Shown here one piece after another: positions 8,381 to 19,027 of a stretch of 36,760 bases of DNA (positions are counted from its first letter, which is position 1; every line of letters begins with the position of its first letter). The notes under the pieces are model-generated. The model did not search any database, was not told the DNA's origin, and saw only the letters and a program-made list of their open reading frames with translations. This stretch comes from Patescibacteria group bacterium (lineage in GTDB: Bacteria > Patescibacteriota > Minisyncoccia > Phycocordibacterales > CSBR16-193): positions 1 through 36,760 of the forward strand of contig JBNJGN010000001.1 in NCBI GenBank assembly GCA_051747785.1. The letters are read 5' to 3'. The translations under genes were made by a program, and so were the position numbers.

Positions 8381-10054
8381 TCATACTTTTGTTTCTGAAA
8401 TTGGTGGTTTTACTTTCCAAAAACGATGTTTTAAAGTTTCCATTACAACTTTTATTTCTTTATTGTTTAAAAGCAAAAGAACCAAAACATTCATTAAAAG
8501 AGCCACAATTCCCGCACAAACCCCTTGAACAAGAACTGTAAACAGTGTATTAAGTTCAAAGAAAAGACTATATACCGCTAAAGTAACATAAGCCCCAGAA
8601 CCTGCAATAATTGAAGATGCAAATATCTGTGAAAAAGTAACTAAAATAGGATAAGAAAAACCCTTACATCTTCTTTCCAAAAGCAACCAGAAAAGGATCC
8701 CGTTTACTGTCATTCCCGCCGAAAAAGCTAGGGGGAGCATCAAGACCTCCGTTCCATAAAGGTCTTCCACTCTTAATAAAGATTCCATAAAATAGCGAAA
8801 CAGATCAGCGTTTTTGAAAAAATAAGTCAGAATAAAAGCAGAAGCGACAGCACAAGCACCGGAAAAAAGATTAATAAAAAGAGGCAAAGCCGTTTTTCCC
8901 ATAGCGTAGTAGCTCCTTATAAAAAGAAGTACCAAACCCTGAAAAACAACAGAAATAGAGAAAAGCGCCAGTGCGGCAGCTGTTAACTGAGTAGCACTCC
9001 AATCAAACTGACCAGTTCCAAGAACAACACGAACTATCTGAGCTCTTAAAACAATAAAGATAACTGTGGCAGGTATGGACCAGAATATAATATGCTGAGC
9101 CGATGTTATAACATAACGCCAATACTGTTCTATTTTCCCCTGTGAGAACAGCTTGGTTATAGTGGGAAAAACCGCAAGGGAGTAACTGACCCCTATGGTA
9201 CTTAACACAACCGACTGTAAATTGAAAGAAAAGTTAAAAACCGTTATTGACCCTTCAGCCATCAAAGAGGCGACCGAAAGCAGAGCCAGGATCAAAAGAT
9301 TAGTAATTCCCATAGTTAAGGTCCTGGGTATTGAAAGCTTAGCAACAGATCTAAAAACAGAAATATCAGGTTTTAAGGAGAATCCGGGTAAGAAACCTTT
9401 TTGAATAATAAAAGGTACATGGATGAACATATGTAAAAAAGCTCCCAAAATAACACCCAAAGCAACACCTAAAACACCTAATCCAGGGGCTAAAAAGACT
9501 ATACCAGCAATAATACCAAGATTATACATTACTGGACTTAAGGCATAGAGAAAAAATCTCTGGTGAGTTTGACTTATACTACCAAACAGATTTGACACTC
9601 CTAATAGTATAGGAGAGAGAAGCATCACACGAGTCATCACCACCAAAAGCTGAAAATCCTCCCCGGAAAAACCCGGAAAAACAAAAGAAAGGATACTAGG
9701 AGTAAACAGAAAAACAACAACGCTTACAAGTACTATCAGTGTGAAGAATAAGGTAAAAATCTGCCTTATAAAATACCTCGCCTCCTCTTTCTCTTCCTTG
9801 ATCCGTTCCACCAAAAAAGGAACGATAACGGAAACGGATACCAAAGACCCTATTGTGATAAAGATAAAATCAGGGACCCTGAAAGCGGCATAATATATGT
9901 CCAACTCTATTCCCGCACCAAAATTATGAGCGAGCAAGCGATCACGTACAAGTGCCAATACTTGAGAAGACAGAGCGAAAAACCCAAGAAGAAACGCCGC
10001 CTGATGAAGACCCAAAATTTCCTTGTTCAAGAAATTAAGTAGTCTTCTAACCAT
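8381..10054 (-). CDS. murJ: Lipid II flippase MurJ/MviN
   Basis: About 14-TM protein of 557 aa. N-terminal block SSQVLALVRDRLLAHNFGAGIELDIYYAAFRVPDF matches the MurJ family pattern. Confidence 0.8.
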   Translation of the reverse strand: MVRRLLNFLNKEILGLHQAAFLLGFFALSSQVLALVRDRLLAHNFGAGIELDIYYAAFRVPDFIFITIGSLVSVSVIVPFLVERIKEEKEEARYFIRQIFTLFFTLIVLVSVVVFLFTPSILSFVFPGFSGEDFQLLVVMTRVMLLSPILLGVSNLFGSISQTHQRFFLYALSPVMYNLGIIAGIVFLAPGLGVLGVALGVILGAFLHMFIHVPFIIQKGFLPGFSLKPDISVFRSVAKLSIPRTLTMGITNLLILALLSVASLMAEGSITVFNFSFNLQSVVLSTIGVSYSLAVFPTITKLFSQGKIEQYWRYVITSAQHIIFWSIPATVIFIVLRAQIVRVVLGTGQFDWSATQLTAAALALFSISVVFQGLVLLFIRSYYAMGKTALPLFINLFSGACAVASAFILTYFFKNADLFRYFMESLLRVEDLYGTEVLMLPLAFSAGMTVNGILFWLLLERRCKGFSYPILVTFSQIFASSIIAGSGAYVTLAVYSLFFELNTLFTVLVQGVCAGIVALLMNVLVLLLLNNKEIKVVMETLKHRFWKVKPPISETKV

Positions 10055-10076
10055 ATCATTTCATAACCGAGAGTAA

Positions 10077-12605
10077 CTATTCGGTTTCCTCTACTTCTGA
10101 GTCTTCTTCCGTTTCTATTAATTCATCTCCTTCTGCATCCTCTGCATCTTCCTGTAAAATTTCTTCCTCTTCATCTTCAGGGACTTCATCTCCCATTTCG
10201 GGAACATCTTCTTCAACAGGCAACTCTGGAGTAGGTTCTTCAAATTCGGCTACATCAGCCAGAGGATCATCCTCCCCTTCTCTCATATTATCTAGAACAC
10301 TCACAAGTTGGGAAATGTCATTATACCTTTCAGCCAGATCCTCCATCAACTCTATGGCAGTTTCTTCTCTCTCGGTTTGGTAGAGTGAAAGACTCAAGAA
10401 ATATCTAGCATTATCAAACCCGGGTGCCAGATTAACAGCCCTGGCAAAAGCATTAGACGCTTCACTCAACTGCTGATCCTCATAATGAAGTATACCTAAC
10501 TGGAAGTGCAAACCGGCATCAAACGGCTCTACAGCCAAAGCTTGAGAAACAGACTCTCTGGCTTCTTCCAAATTACCATCCCTGATATCCAATTGTGATT
10601 TAAAGAACATGGCATTGGCATAATTGGGCTTCATCTCAAGAGCTTCCTCGGTATAACGACGAGCTTCTTCCATGTCCTCATTTACAAGCTCAAACCTTGC
10701 CATTTGAAGCACCAGTGCAGGGTTCTTAGGATTATGTTCTATAGCCCTCTCATATGCATTTTTCGCTTCCGAATAAGCATTAACATCGGAAACATTAAAA
10801 GCAAGCATTTCCTGATATATTCTTCCTAAAGTAAGCCAGTTCCGATAACCTACATTCCTTAGATCAGTTGCTTTTCTTGCTCTATTTATAGCTAAACGAA
10901 ATTCCGATCCAGCACTTTGAACAAAACTGTCTTGATTTATTTGACCACTTTCTAAAAGCCCAATGTATTCACGTATCCTGGCAATAGGAAATTCCGCGGC
11001 TGTTCTGTAATACCTATCTTGCTCCGCGAGGCTAACAGCCCAGTCAAAATTATCTTCAGCCGCCTCCATATCCTCTTCACCAAGATAGGCATAAGCTGCT
11101 TTTTCATAAAAGTAAGCGGAAACACCCCTTTGCACCAAAAAGGCACTGAAAATAACCAATGCTCCCGCAATAACTATTATCCCCACGGCATAAAGTGACC
11201 CTTTTCTATCTCTCATATTAATATTAACCGAAACAGTTTGAAGCTTGCCTTCCCGAACCAGCACACCCAAAGAAATGGCGGCAAAGATAAAGAACAAAGA
11301 AAGCACCGCCACAGGAAGAAGTGTCATGAACATTGCCACCAATATTATCAACGAAGCGGAAGCGGAAGATATGAAGGCGTAACGCGTAAAATTATCATTG
11401 TCAAAAGATCGGGTCATAAAACCTCGCCACAGAACTAAAAGATAAAGTACAACAAAAACGATCCAAGCCGCCAACCCTAATATACCGACAGTGGTCGGTA
11501 CCGAACTTAACAAGCTATGACCTTGACCGAACTCAACATTCCAGAAGCGAGTATTCAATATCTCCTGAGGTTTATACTGCATCCACTGATAAGAGAAGTC
11601 CATAGGCCCAGCACCCAATGCCGCCTGAATAGGACCCTCAAATACTGTTGACTTGGCAACGTGAGCAGTAGCACCAAATGAAGGTCGCAGATCATCTGAG
11701 GCCACACCTATATTGCCGGACAGAACCTCCGACAGAGAACCTCCAAAGAAAACAAAAGTGATCACAATAAACAAGGTTACCAATGAGACAATGGGAACCC
11801 CGGCTCCTTCGGCGCCCTGCTGACCTCCTGTCATTTTATAAACAGTAAAAAGCAAAACAACAGCACCGATGGTGATCCAAAGCCAAGTCACGTTAACAAG
11901 CACCAAGAAAAACAAGGAAATAAGCATTAACAGCAATAACAGCCACTTAAAAAGCGGTTTTAGCTTGAACATTTCATGGGTAAATAACGCCAAAGTAAAC
12001 ACAACACCGAAGAGTATCCCCGCTCCGGTCCAAGATTCAACGGGACTGGAATTGAGAGAATCAAAAAATCCCAAAGAAAGAAATTCCGATCCTGCAAAAA
12101 AGCGAACAAGGAAAAACAAAGCCAACACCAAAGAAGACGCCGCCAGAGCAGAGTAAAAATAGAAGACATTAGAGTTCTTTTGAAAAAAGAATAAGGTCAG
12201 GAAAAATAGAGCGAATAAAAATGTCACCGCAGCGAAAGTGTATACTTCTGAGCCATATCCGGCCACAGAAAGCGAGAAACCGGACTCGGAAAAGATACTG
12301 GATATAAAATACACTACAGGAATTGACAGAGCGGCGATGAACAGAGGATGTTTCGGTAAACTCAACCCCCCACTCTTAAGTGAGAGCGCCGTCATTAGAA
12401 TAAAAGCTATCGCCACAACAGCTATTACAAAAAGTATCTTACCGGTGGAAAAATTGAAAAAAGGAGAAGGGATAAAGAACAGTGGCACCAGAAAAGCAAA
12501 AGCTATCAAGAGAGATGATCCCAAATTATTTAACTTTTTCAAGGATAACGACAGTGCCTTGGATCTATTATTCAAACCTTCGTGCTGATTATTTTCCCCA
12601 TTCAT
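10077..12605 (-). CDS. Large polytopic membrane protein (O-antigen-ligase/Wzy-like region, probable) fused to TPR repeats and an acidic C-terminal tail
   Basis: About 480 aa with many TM helices. Clear TPR units follow (AYSEAKNAYERAIEHNPKNPALVLQMARFEL..., EEARRYTEEALEMKPNYANAMFFKSQL..., ASNAFARAVNLAPGFDNARYFLSL...). The last ~65 residues are D/E-rich. The Wzy-like assignment is from architecture only. Confidence 0.65.
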   Translation of the reverse strand: MNGENNQHEGLNNRSKALSLSLKKLNNLGSSLLIAFAFLVPLFFIPSPFFNFSTGKILFVIAVVAIAFILMTALSLKSGGLSLPKHPLFIAALSIPVVYFISSIFSESGFSLSVAGYGSEVYTFAAVTFLFALFFLTLFFFQKNSNVFYFYSALAASSLVLALFFLVRFFAGSEFLSLGFFDSLNSSPVESWTGAGILFGVVFTLALFTHEMFKLKPLFKWLLLLLMLISLFFLVLVNVTWLWITIGAVVLLFTVYKMTGGQQGAEGAGVPIVSLVTLFIVITFVFFGGSLSEVLSGNIGVASDDLRPSFGATAHVAKSTVFEGPIQAALGAGPMDFSYQWMQYKPQEILNTRFWNVEFGQGHSLLSSVPTTVGILGLAAWIVFVVLYLLVLWRGFMTRSFDNDNFTRYAFISSASASLIILVAMFMTLLPVAVLSLFFIFAAISLGVLVREGKLQTVSVNINMRDRKGSLYAVGIIVIAGALVIFSAFLVQRGVSAYFYEKAAYAYLGEEDMEAAEDNFDWAVSLAEQDRYYRTAAEFPIARIREYIGLLESGQINQDSFVQSAGSEFRLAINRARKATDLRNVGYRNWLTLGRIYQEMLAFNVSDVNAYSEAKNAYERAIEHNPKNPALVLQMARFELVNEDMEEARRYTEEALEMKPNYANAMFFKSQLDIRDGNLEEARESVSQALAVEPFDAGLHFQLGILHYEDQQLSEASNAFARAVNLAPGFDNARYFLSLSLYQTEREETAIELMEDLAERYNDISQLVSVLDNMREGEDDPLADVAEFEEPTPELPVEEDVPEMGDEVPEDEEEEILQEDAEDAEGDELIETEEDSEVEETE

Positions 12606-12646
12606 AATAAAGAATATTAATTTTACTTATAAAGATTATAACATTC

Positions 12647-12668
12647 GTTTCAAGGAGACCCTTGAAAC
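12647..12668. promoter_or_regulatory. Perfect 9-bp inverted repeat next to an extended -10 (TGTTATAAT; hexamer 12635-12640 on the minus strand) upstream of the TPR-murJ-lepA gene string
   Basis: GTTTCAAGG-AGAC-CCTTGAAAC read directly. No T-run on either side, so it is not a canonical terminator. It sits where a -35 element would be. Confidence 0.35.
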
Positions 12669-12787
12669 TAAAACCGCCCTCTCCTTTCTCTCGAAAGAAC
12701 TTAATTCATTTTATTATCAAAAGAGAGGTAAATCAAGTGTAGATAATAAACATGGCTAAAATAAACAGAATTCAACCAAATTTTCTG

Positions 12788-12861
12788 AGCCTGGGGTGGG
12801 GCACGATCCCACAACCTGCCGATTACAAATCGGCTGCTCTAGCCAATTGAGCTACCCAGGC
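12788..12861 (-). tRNA. tRNA-Thr (UGU)
   Basis: Reverse complement GCCTGGG-TA-GCTC-AATTGGCTA-GAGC-A-GCCGA-TTTGTAA-TCGGC-AGGTT-GTGGG-ATCGTGC-CCCAC-CCCAGGC-T. Anticodon TGT. The T-loop ATCGTGC is atypical. CCA is not encoded. Confidence 0.8.
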
Positions 12862-12925
12862 TTTTTTTAATATCACTTATGAAATATACAACAACAGATA
12901 GTATCTTTGCAACCAAAAAAGATGA

Positions 12926-13339
12926 TCAACCTTCATTATCACTTGCTTTTTCATCTGTTCTTACAGATTTATTTTGTGATGTATTCCAAGATATAGTTCT
13001 TAAATATAAAGAGGTTTCATTTCTATACCTGGCCATATGCCTTTCTCTTAACCTATCCAAAAAACGAAAATACCAAGTACTTAATCTAAACTTCGTCCTC
13101 CTAGAAACTCTATGCATAGGATAGACCACTCTAGTTAAAAAAAACAGAGACACTTTACCTTTAAAAGTAAAAACAAACTCTCTGATAAAGATAAAAAACT
13201 CTCTTAAAACAAGATCATAAGAACGAATGTACCTAGAAAACGCAAAATCCGTGCCTAAGTAAAGCTCCGTTTTCTTATATATCAAGAATAATATAAGTAG
13301 TATCAGAGGAATAAAAAAAAGTCCTTCTGAAATTGACAT
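12926..13339 (-). CDS. Hypothetical basic protein with an N-terminal TM (weak call)
   Basis: ORF starts 11 nt after the tsf stop on the same strand. It is very AT-rich and R/F/L-rich, with no recognisable family. It could be non-coding spacer upstream of tRNA-Thr. Confidence 0.3.
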   Translation of the reverse strand: MSISEGLFFIPLILLILFLIYKKTELYLGTDFAFSRYIRSYDLVLREFFIFIREFVFTFKGKVSLFFLTRVVYPMHRVSRRTKFRLSTWYFRFLDRLRERHMARYRNETSLYLRTISWNTSQNKSVRTDEKASDNEG

Positions 13340-13350
13340 GATAAGTTCAA

Positions 13351-13938
13351 TTATTCACCAACTTCGTAACGCGTGAATCTGGTGACCTCTATTCTCTCAC
13401 CAAACTTTTGAATAGCTTCATCAATGAGGCCGGCTATAGTCTTATCGCCATCTTTTATATACGGCTGCTCCATCAGCGCTATTTCACTTAAATAAGAAGA
13501 GAGCTTACCTTCAACAGCCTTTTCGCGAACCCCGTCAGGCTTATCTGATAGCTCTTTTTCAAAGTCTTCTCTCATAGAACTCTTATCCTCTTCGGGAACT
13601 TCTTCAGCAGAAGTATACTGAGGATTCATCGCCGCTACATGCATCGCTATATTATAAGCGAGATCAATAAATTCTTCATTTTTAGCGACAAAATCTGTCT
13701 CACAGGAAAGCTCCAAAAGAACTCCTACTGTTTTGGTGTTGTGAATATAAGAGACAATTCTTCCAGCCCCCAACGTACGGTCTTTTTTCTTATCTGCTGT
13801 TTCCTTGCTCTTCTTCTGTAAAAGTTCAGCTGCTTTTTTCATGTCCCCACCAGCTTCCTCAAGGGCATTCTTGCACTTCATAACAGAAACTCCTGTTTCA
13901 TCGCGAAGTTTTTTTACATCTTCGGTTGTTGTATCCAT
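13351..13938 (-). CDS. tsf: Translation elongation factor Ts (short form)
   Basis: N-terminal UBA-like block VKKLRDETGVSVMKCKNALEEAGGDMKKAAELL and core TDFVAKNEEF. Located directly downstream of rpsB, which is the conserved order. Confidence 0.88.
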   Translation of the reverse strand: MDTTTEDVKKLRDETGVSVMKCKNALEEAGGDMKKAAELLQKKSKETADKKKDRTLGAGRIVSYIHNTKTVGVLLELSCETDFVAKNEEFIDLAYNIAMHVAAMNPQYTSAEEVPEEDKSSMREDFEKELSDKPDGVREKAVEGKLSSYLSEIALMEQPYIKDGDKTIAGLIDEAIQKFGERIEVTRFTRYEVGE

Positions 13939-13978
13939 AATTAGTTATTATAAATTATTATTTAAGACCAAAAACTTT

Positions 13979-14764
13979 TTATTTTTCCTGATCTTCCGAA
14001 GTAAACTGTTTCATTCCACTTTCATAAGCCTCTACAATCCTGGAAAGGATATGGTCAATGCTTTTTTGAACCGAACTGTTTCCTGGAATGGCCACATCAA
14101 CTTCTGAGAGATCACAGTTTGAGTTTGATAAAGTTACAACTGGAATATTAAGCTGTTTAGCCTCTCTCAGAGCAGTATACTCCTTGCTTATATCAACTAT
14201 AAATATTGCTGACGGTAGATCATTCATTTTTCTGATACCGCCAAAAGTTCTTTTTAAAGTTTCAATTTCTCGATCAAGTAAAAGACGTTCTTTTTTAGTA
14301 TATTTAGCAAAAACTCCCTTTTCATTATCACTCTCCAAATCATCAAGTTTTTGAACCCTTTTACTTATTTGAGAATGATTGGTCAAAGTTCCTCCAACCC
14401 AACGTCCGGAAACATAAGGTTGATCTATCCTTGTAGCGTTGTTCTCTACAGGTTTTCTGGCCTCATTTTTACCGCCCACAAAGAGAACATTCGCCTTTTT
14501 TCTTCCTAGGTCTTCAAAAAATCTCTCTGCCTCCTTTATCTTCTCCTCGGTTTTCTCCAAATCAAATATTTCAACATTATTCTTCACTCCGAAAATATAA
14601 GGGCTCACTGAAGGGTGCCTCCTTGAACGGCTATAAGCATAATGAGCCCCTACTGAAAAAAGCTCTCTTATATTATCATCTTCAATTTTTGAAGTTTTGT
14701 CTGTTTTTTCTTTTACGGCTATCATATAGGTTAGGAGTGTATCAAATTTATCAAAAATGCGCAA
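13979..14764 (-). CDS. rpsB: 30S ribosomal protein S2
   Basis: LFSVGAHYAYSRSRRHPSVSPYIFGVKNNVEIFDLEKT and VLFVGGKNEA ... RWVGGTLTN ... IFIVDISKEYTALREAKQLNIPVV match S2 blocks. The true start may be the internal Met at 14725. Confidence 0.9.
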   Translation of the reverse strand: MRIFDKFDTLLTYMIAVKEKTDKTSKIEDDNIRELFSVGAHYAYSRSRRHPSVSPYIFGVKNNVEIFDLEKTEEKIKEAERFFEDLGRKKANVLFVGGKNEARKPVENNATRIDQPYVSGRWVGGTLTNHSQISKRVQKLDDLESDNEKGVFAKYTKKERLLLDREIETLKRTFGGIRKMNDLPSAIFIVDISKEYTALREAKQLNIPVVTLSNSNCDLSEVDVAIPGNSSVQKSIDHILSRIVEAYESGMKQFTSEDQEK

Positions 14765-14812
14765 TAAAATACAACCTATTTAATAGGAACTGCGTAGGAA
14801 AATCTAAAAAAA

Positions 14813-16345
14813 CTATATCTCAAATACCAGAAGATCCCACCAGTGGGAATCTCCTCTCTTAGAAATAACAGGGTTATTAAGAACATCTCCGTATGGAGTA
14901 TAAACTTTACTTTCAGCCATATTTCCAGCAAACACAATATGAACACCGCTCCAACGAGCCTGCACTCTTAACATAGTATCCAGCCGCTGTTCCAACTGAT
15001 GAGAATTATCAAACCAAGAAAGAGAAACCATATTCACTATAAAAGGAACCTTTTCTTTTCTCTTCATTACCAAACTCTTTACTCCGTAAGGCGACACGTT
15101 CTCAAAACAAAAAAGAACAGCTGGACTACCGTCAGGTAAATTAGACTGGCTATCAGATCCCGGAACATAATTCATCACCTCAGAAAGAACATTAAGAGCG
15201 TCATCTTGTCCCAAAAATGACACTGATCTAATAAAAAGATAAGACAAAAACTCTCCCTGTGGAACAAGATACTGCTTATCAAATCTATATAGAGAGTTAG
15301 TGTCATTATTATACAAAAAACCTTTTAATACACTTTCATCACCCAGAGACACTTTTCCACTGCCGATAAGCTGTACTGAGCTAGTGGCAAACTCTTTACT
15401 TAACCAAGACTTAGCCTCTTGATAGTCAGAAAAACCATTAAGAAAACGAGTGTCCTCCGGAAGTAAAATATGATCTGCAGAAGTCTCCCCTGCCAGTACT
15501 ACACCTTTCCGCATTAATTCATGCTGTTTACTGCCCATATCAGGATTAGAACGAAATTCCCTATCAAAATAAGTCTGCAAAACTGCGATCCTTAACCCTT
15601 TAGGCTCGACATTAGGACTTTCCTTAAAATAAAAAAGACCGTAACCTAAAACGGCCAGTGCTAAAATAAAGACAGTTATAAAAGATAATGAAATATTCTT
15701 AAACCTATTTATATACCAAATAATTATTACAACGGTAACAGCAGCCAAAGATAGGATATAAACTCCGCCCAAAGCAGATAAATGAAAAAGGGGTTCATAA
15801 TGAGCAAGATGATATCCCAAATAAGAAAAGCTAAAACGAGCATTCAAGAAAGCCCCCTCCCCTATAGTAAAAAGGGAAAAAAAGATTGATCCCGCTATTT
15901 CACACACCAACCAAAAAACAGGAACGAGTACTAAATATAAAGGTTTTTTAGCCTGAAAAAAACACCAAACAAAAAAACCACACACCATTCCAGCCAATCC
16001 CAAAAAAGCCGCAGAAAGAAACCAACAGATACCAATAAAAGAAAATTGCAATATGCTGGAAAAATCTTCCAAGTAACTAATGGGAAAAACAGACCACGCC
16101 CAAAACACACTCAGAGATCCCGAAACAGTCCAAGATATAAAACCCAAAATGGCCGCCTTACCTCTAGATGCAACATTTGCCCATAACCAAAATAAAAGAA
16201 ATAGCCCTAAAACATAAATCCACCACAGTTGGGGGATTACAAAACCAATCCCTAAAAGAAAACCAGCAAAGGCACCGGAAAGATATCTGTGAGTTATAAG
16301 TTTTTCCCTTATTTGCTTTTTTAGTTCATCTCTCTCTTTCAACAC
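14813..16345 (-). CDS. lnt: Apolipoprotein N-acyltransferase-like protein (Lnt family)
   Basis: About 8 TM helices followed by a CN-hydrolase domain with the Lnt-type triad context: ILLPED (Glu), FDKQYLVPQGEFL (Lys, the K-x-LVPFGEY pattern) and VLFCFEN (Cys). Confidence 0.65.
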   Translation of the reverse strand: MLKERDELKKQIREKLITHRYLSGAFAGFLLGIGFVIPQLWWIYVLGLFLLFWLWANVASRGKAAILGFISWTVSGSLSVFWAWSVFPISYLEDFSSILQFSFIGICWFLSAAFLGLAGMVCGFFVWCFFQAKKPLYLVLVPVFWLVCEIAGSIFFSLFTIGEGAFLNARFSFSYLGYHLAHYEPLFHLSALGGVYILSLAAVTVVIIIWYINRFKNISLSFITVFILALAVLGYGLFYFKESPNVEPKGLRIAVLQTYFDREFRSNPDMGSKQHELMRKGVVLAGETSADHILLPEDTRFLNGFSDYQEAKSWLSKEFATSSVQLIGSGKVSLGDESVLKGFLYNNDTNSLYRFDKQYLVPQGEFLSYLFIRSVSFLGQDDALNVLSEVMNYVPGSDSQSNLPDGSPAVLFCFENVSPYGVKSLVMKRKEKVPFIVNMVSLSWFDNSHQLEQRLDTMLRVQARWSGVHIVFAGNMAESKVYTPYGDVLNNPVISKRGDSHWWDLLVFEI

Positions 16346-16401
16346 CTGAATATAATAAACTCTAATTAAAAATAAAAAAAGGGAAAATTAAAAAATTGGA
16401 A

Positions 16402-17361
16402 CTATTCTTCCTCAATACATATTTCCTTTTTTGAAATAGCGACAACTGTTTTTGTAAGTAAAATAACAATTATGATATTAACTATTACAAAAAACAGCCA
16501 GGATAGATACTTGAACACCTCAATGTCAGTTTCGTGGAACATTAAAATACTCGCAATAGTAATAGCAGTCATAGGAAAGGAGTAAGCCCACCAAGATAGG
16601 TAATACTTTATCCTTCCGAACATTTTTATTTGCGCAAATAACATTATTACCAAAAATAAAGCAATGTAATATAGTATTTTAGAGAACTCACTTACATCTC
16701 CGGTTAATTTAACAAAAGAGATAAATCCTATCGCCGGCGGAGCGATCAAAATAAAAAGCGTCGGTAACAGTTTTTGTGGCAAGGGGCTATGAAAGATTAT
16801 GCGATTAAAAAATATAATAAAAAGTGCCACCCAGAAGAAAAATCCTATGCTATAAAAAAACCAAGATATTTCATTAGAAAAATGAGCCACACCAGCCACC
16901 GGAACTAAAATATTACCAACAGCCGGAATAAACCAAGCAGGATTCATATGTCTAACCTCAAATTTTGTGTGCTGTATCCATATGGAAATGATCTTAATAG
17001 TAAAAATAAGATGAATAGCAGATCCTGCGATCCATAAATACTTTGAAATAGGAACGTTTATCCCCAAAAAAGCTATACTTAATAAAAGTAAACTGATTGA
17101 AAAGGTTGGGAAAAAACTCAATTTGACAGGGTCATTGAATTCCACCCTAACTTCTTCTTTAAACCTAAATATCTTTAGGGCGTAAACAACGGTAATAACA
17201 AGAAAAATCAAGGATGTTATTATCAAAAGATACCAGCTAATATCAAACGGCATACCCAAAACCTCTTCCGCTCTCTGGAAAGCAATCGTAAACCCAGCCA
17301 TTCCCAAAATCACCGAAAAAAATGATACTGGGAAAAATTTAATTCTGCATTCTTTTTTCAT
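16402..17361 (-). CDS. TehA/SLAC1-family anion channel/transporter
   Basis: 10-TM protein of 319 aa. FPVSFFSVILGMAGFTIAF near the N-terminus and MNPAWFIPAVGNILVP mid-protein are typical of the TehA/Mae1 (C4-dicarboxylate/tellurite-resistance) family. Confidence 0.7.
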   Translation of the reverse strand: MKKECRIKFFPVSFFSVILGMAGFTIAFQRAEEVLGMPFDISWYLLIITSLIFLVITVVYALKIFRFKEEVRVEFNDPVKLSFFPTFSISLLLLSIAFLGINVPISKYLWIAGSAIHLIFTIKIISIWIQHTKFEVRHMNPAWFIPAVGNILVPVAGVAHFSNEISWFFYSIGFFFWVALFIIFFNRIIFHSPLPQKLLPTLFILIAPPAIGFISFVKLTGDVSEFSKILYYIALFLVIMLFAQIKMFGRIKYYLSWWAYSFPMTAITIASILMFHETDIEVFKYLSWLFFVIVNIIIVILLTKTVVAISKKEICIEEE

Positions 17362-17554
17362 GATCTTTGTATTATATAAATAAAATACCTATATCTTAAA
17401 TATCACATCCAAACTTTCTAAAATGCAACCTGACAAGAGCTCGAATAGTGGTCATTCAAGCAAAGATTAGCAAATACTTTACACCACAGTTTAAGTAAAA
17501 TTTATCTCGCACACAACGATCATTCTTTCCATAAATATCTTGTCTCTCCACGAT

Positions 17555-17761
17555 CTATTCCGAATATCTTTGAATAACATCTTCGAGTAATTGTTTTGCT
17601 TTCGGATCTTTAAATTCATCCAAAGCTCGTTCTGCTTCTCTAATATAAAAATCTCTTATATTATTTCCCTCTAGATCTTCACAAGGATCGTTAATATGTT
17701 CAGTTAAGAACAGTGCTAATTCCATATCTGTCGCTTTCTCTTTTTTTTCAAAATTTTCCAT
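17555..17761 (-). CDS. Hypothetical small acidic protein (68 aa)
   Basis: ORF only. Helical and acidic, with no recognised family. Confidence 0.4.
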   Translation of the reverse strand: MENFEKKEKATDMELALFLTEHINDPCEDLEGNNIRDFYIREAERALDEFKDPKAKQLLEDVIQRYSE

Positions 17762-17905
17762 ATTTATGTATGTATTGCTTCACGTAATGTAAATGCTTAT
17801 ACAAAGTGTACCGCAAAAGTAAAGTTTTTTCAGGAACATTTTATAAAAATGATGGCTGACCCTATTTTCAATATCCTCAAATGCTCCGCATTCTCGTCTT
17901 TGTTT

Positions 17906-17993
<88 letters not shown>

Positions 17994-18062
17994 TTATGCT
18001 TTTTGAGTGTCAGGTTATTGTAAGAGAAAATTAAAAAGTTATCAACCAATAAAGACTTTTTA

Positions 18063-18965
18063 CTACTGCATTTTCTGTCTCAGGGCCTTAACCCTCTCTT
18101 CAACCGGCGGATGAGTCATGAAAAGCTTATCCATAAAACCCATCTTTGTACCCTTTCCTCCGAAAGGGTTAGAGATATACATATGAGCCATAGCGTGATT
18201 CGCTTTTTTAAGAGGCTCAGAGACACCGGATATTTTCTCTAGAGCACTGGCCAATCCTTCTGAGTAACGTGTCATGAGTGCTCCACTGGCATCAGCCAAG
18301 AACTCTCTTTTCCTTGAAATAGCCAGCTTTATTATAACCGCCACAATAGGGGCCAATATAGCTAAAGCGATACCTAAAATGATCATTATTAACTGAGCTC
18401 TTCCATCACGGTCTCCCCCCACTCCTCCGAATATCGTCATTCTCAAAAAGAAATCGGAAAGGAGTGTAACAAAGCCGACCAACACAACAACAGTGGTCAT
18501 AAGTAAAATATCACGATTCTTTATATGCGATAACTCATGAGCTATCACGCCTTCCAATTCGTTTCTGTCTAATATTTTTAAAAGACCTGTGGTTACGGCC
18601 ACAACCGAGTTCTCAGGATTCCTTCCGGTAGCAAAAGCGTTAGGCGCCTGATCTTCTATCACATACAACTTAGGCATGGGAAGTCCACTGGCTATGGAAA
18701 GATTCTCCGTAACATTCCAAAGCTCACGAAACTCTTCTCTTTTAACTGGCCTGGCTCCACTCATCTTCAACACTATCCTGTCTGAATACCAATAACTTAT
18801 TACGTTCATCAGAATACTTATAGCGACAGCAATAATCAAAATGATCTGACTATCAAATATCCAACTGAAAGCCCAACCCAGTAAAATGACAACGACAAAA
18901 AAGCCGAGCATCAAAAACCATGTTCTTCTCACATTGGAATCAACCTGTGTATAAGCAGTAGACAT
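18063..18965 (-). CDS. htpX: Zinc metalloprotease HtpX (M48 family)
   Basis: HELSHIKNRD (HExxH), the downstream REFLADASGA motif, and 4 TM segments in the typical HtpX arrangement. Confidence 0.88.
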   Translation of the reverse strand: MSTAYTQVDSNVRRTWFLMLGFFVVVILLGWAFSWIFDSQIILIIAVAISILMNVISYWYSDRIVLKMSGARPVKREEFRELWNVTENLSIASGLPMPKLYVIEDQAPNAFATGRNPENSVVAVTTGLLKILDRNELEGVIAHELSHIKNRDILLMTTVVVLVGFVTLLSDFFLRMTIFGGVGGDRDGRAQLIMIILGIALAILAPIVAVIIKLAISRKREFLADASGALMTRYSEGLASALEKISGVSEPLKKANHAMAHMYISNPFGGKGTKMGFMDKLFMTHPPVEERVKALRQKMQ

Positions 18966-19027
18966 AAGATATGTTAAAGATAAGTAATTATACCTATCAG
19001 AGAATAACTAAGACTGATTTCGCCTTA

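Noticed and set aside
12879-13124. 81-aa + strand ORF
   Set aside because: It overlaps the already weak minus ORF 12926-13339. It has no promoter or RBS context and is AT-rich chance ORF material.
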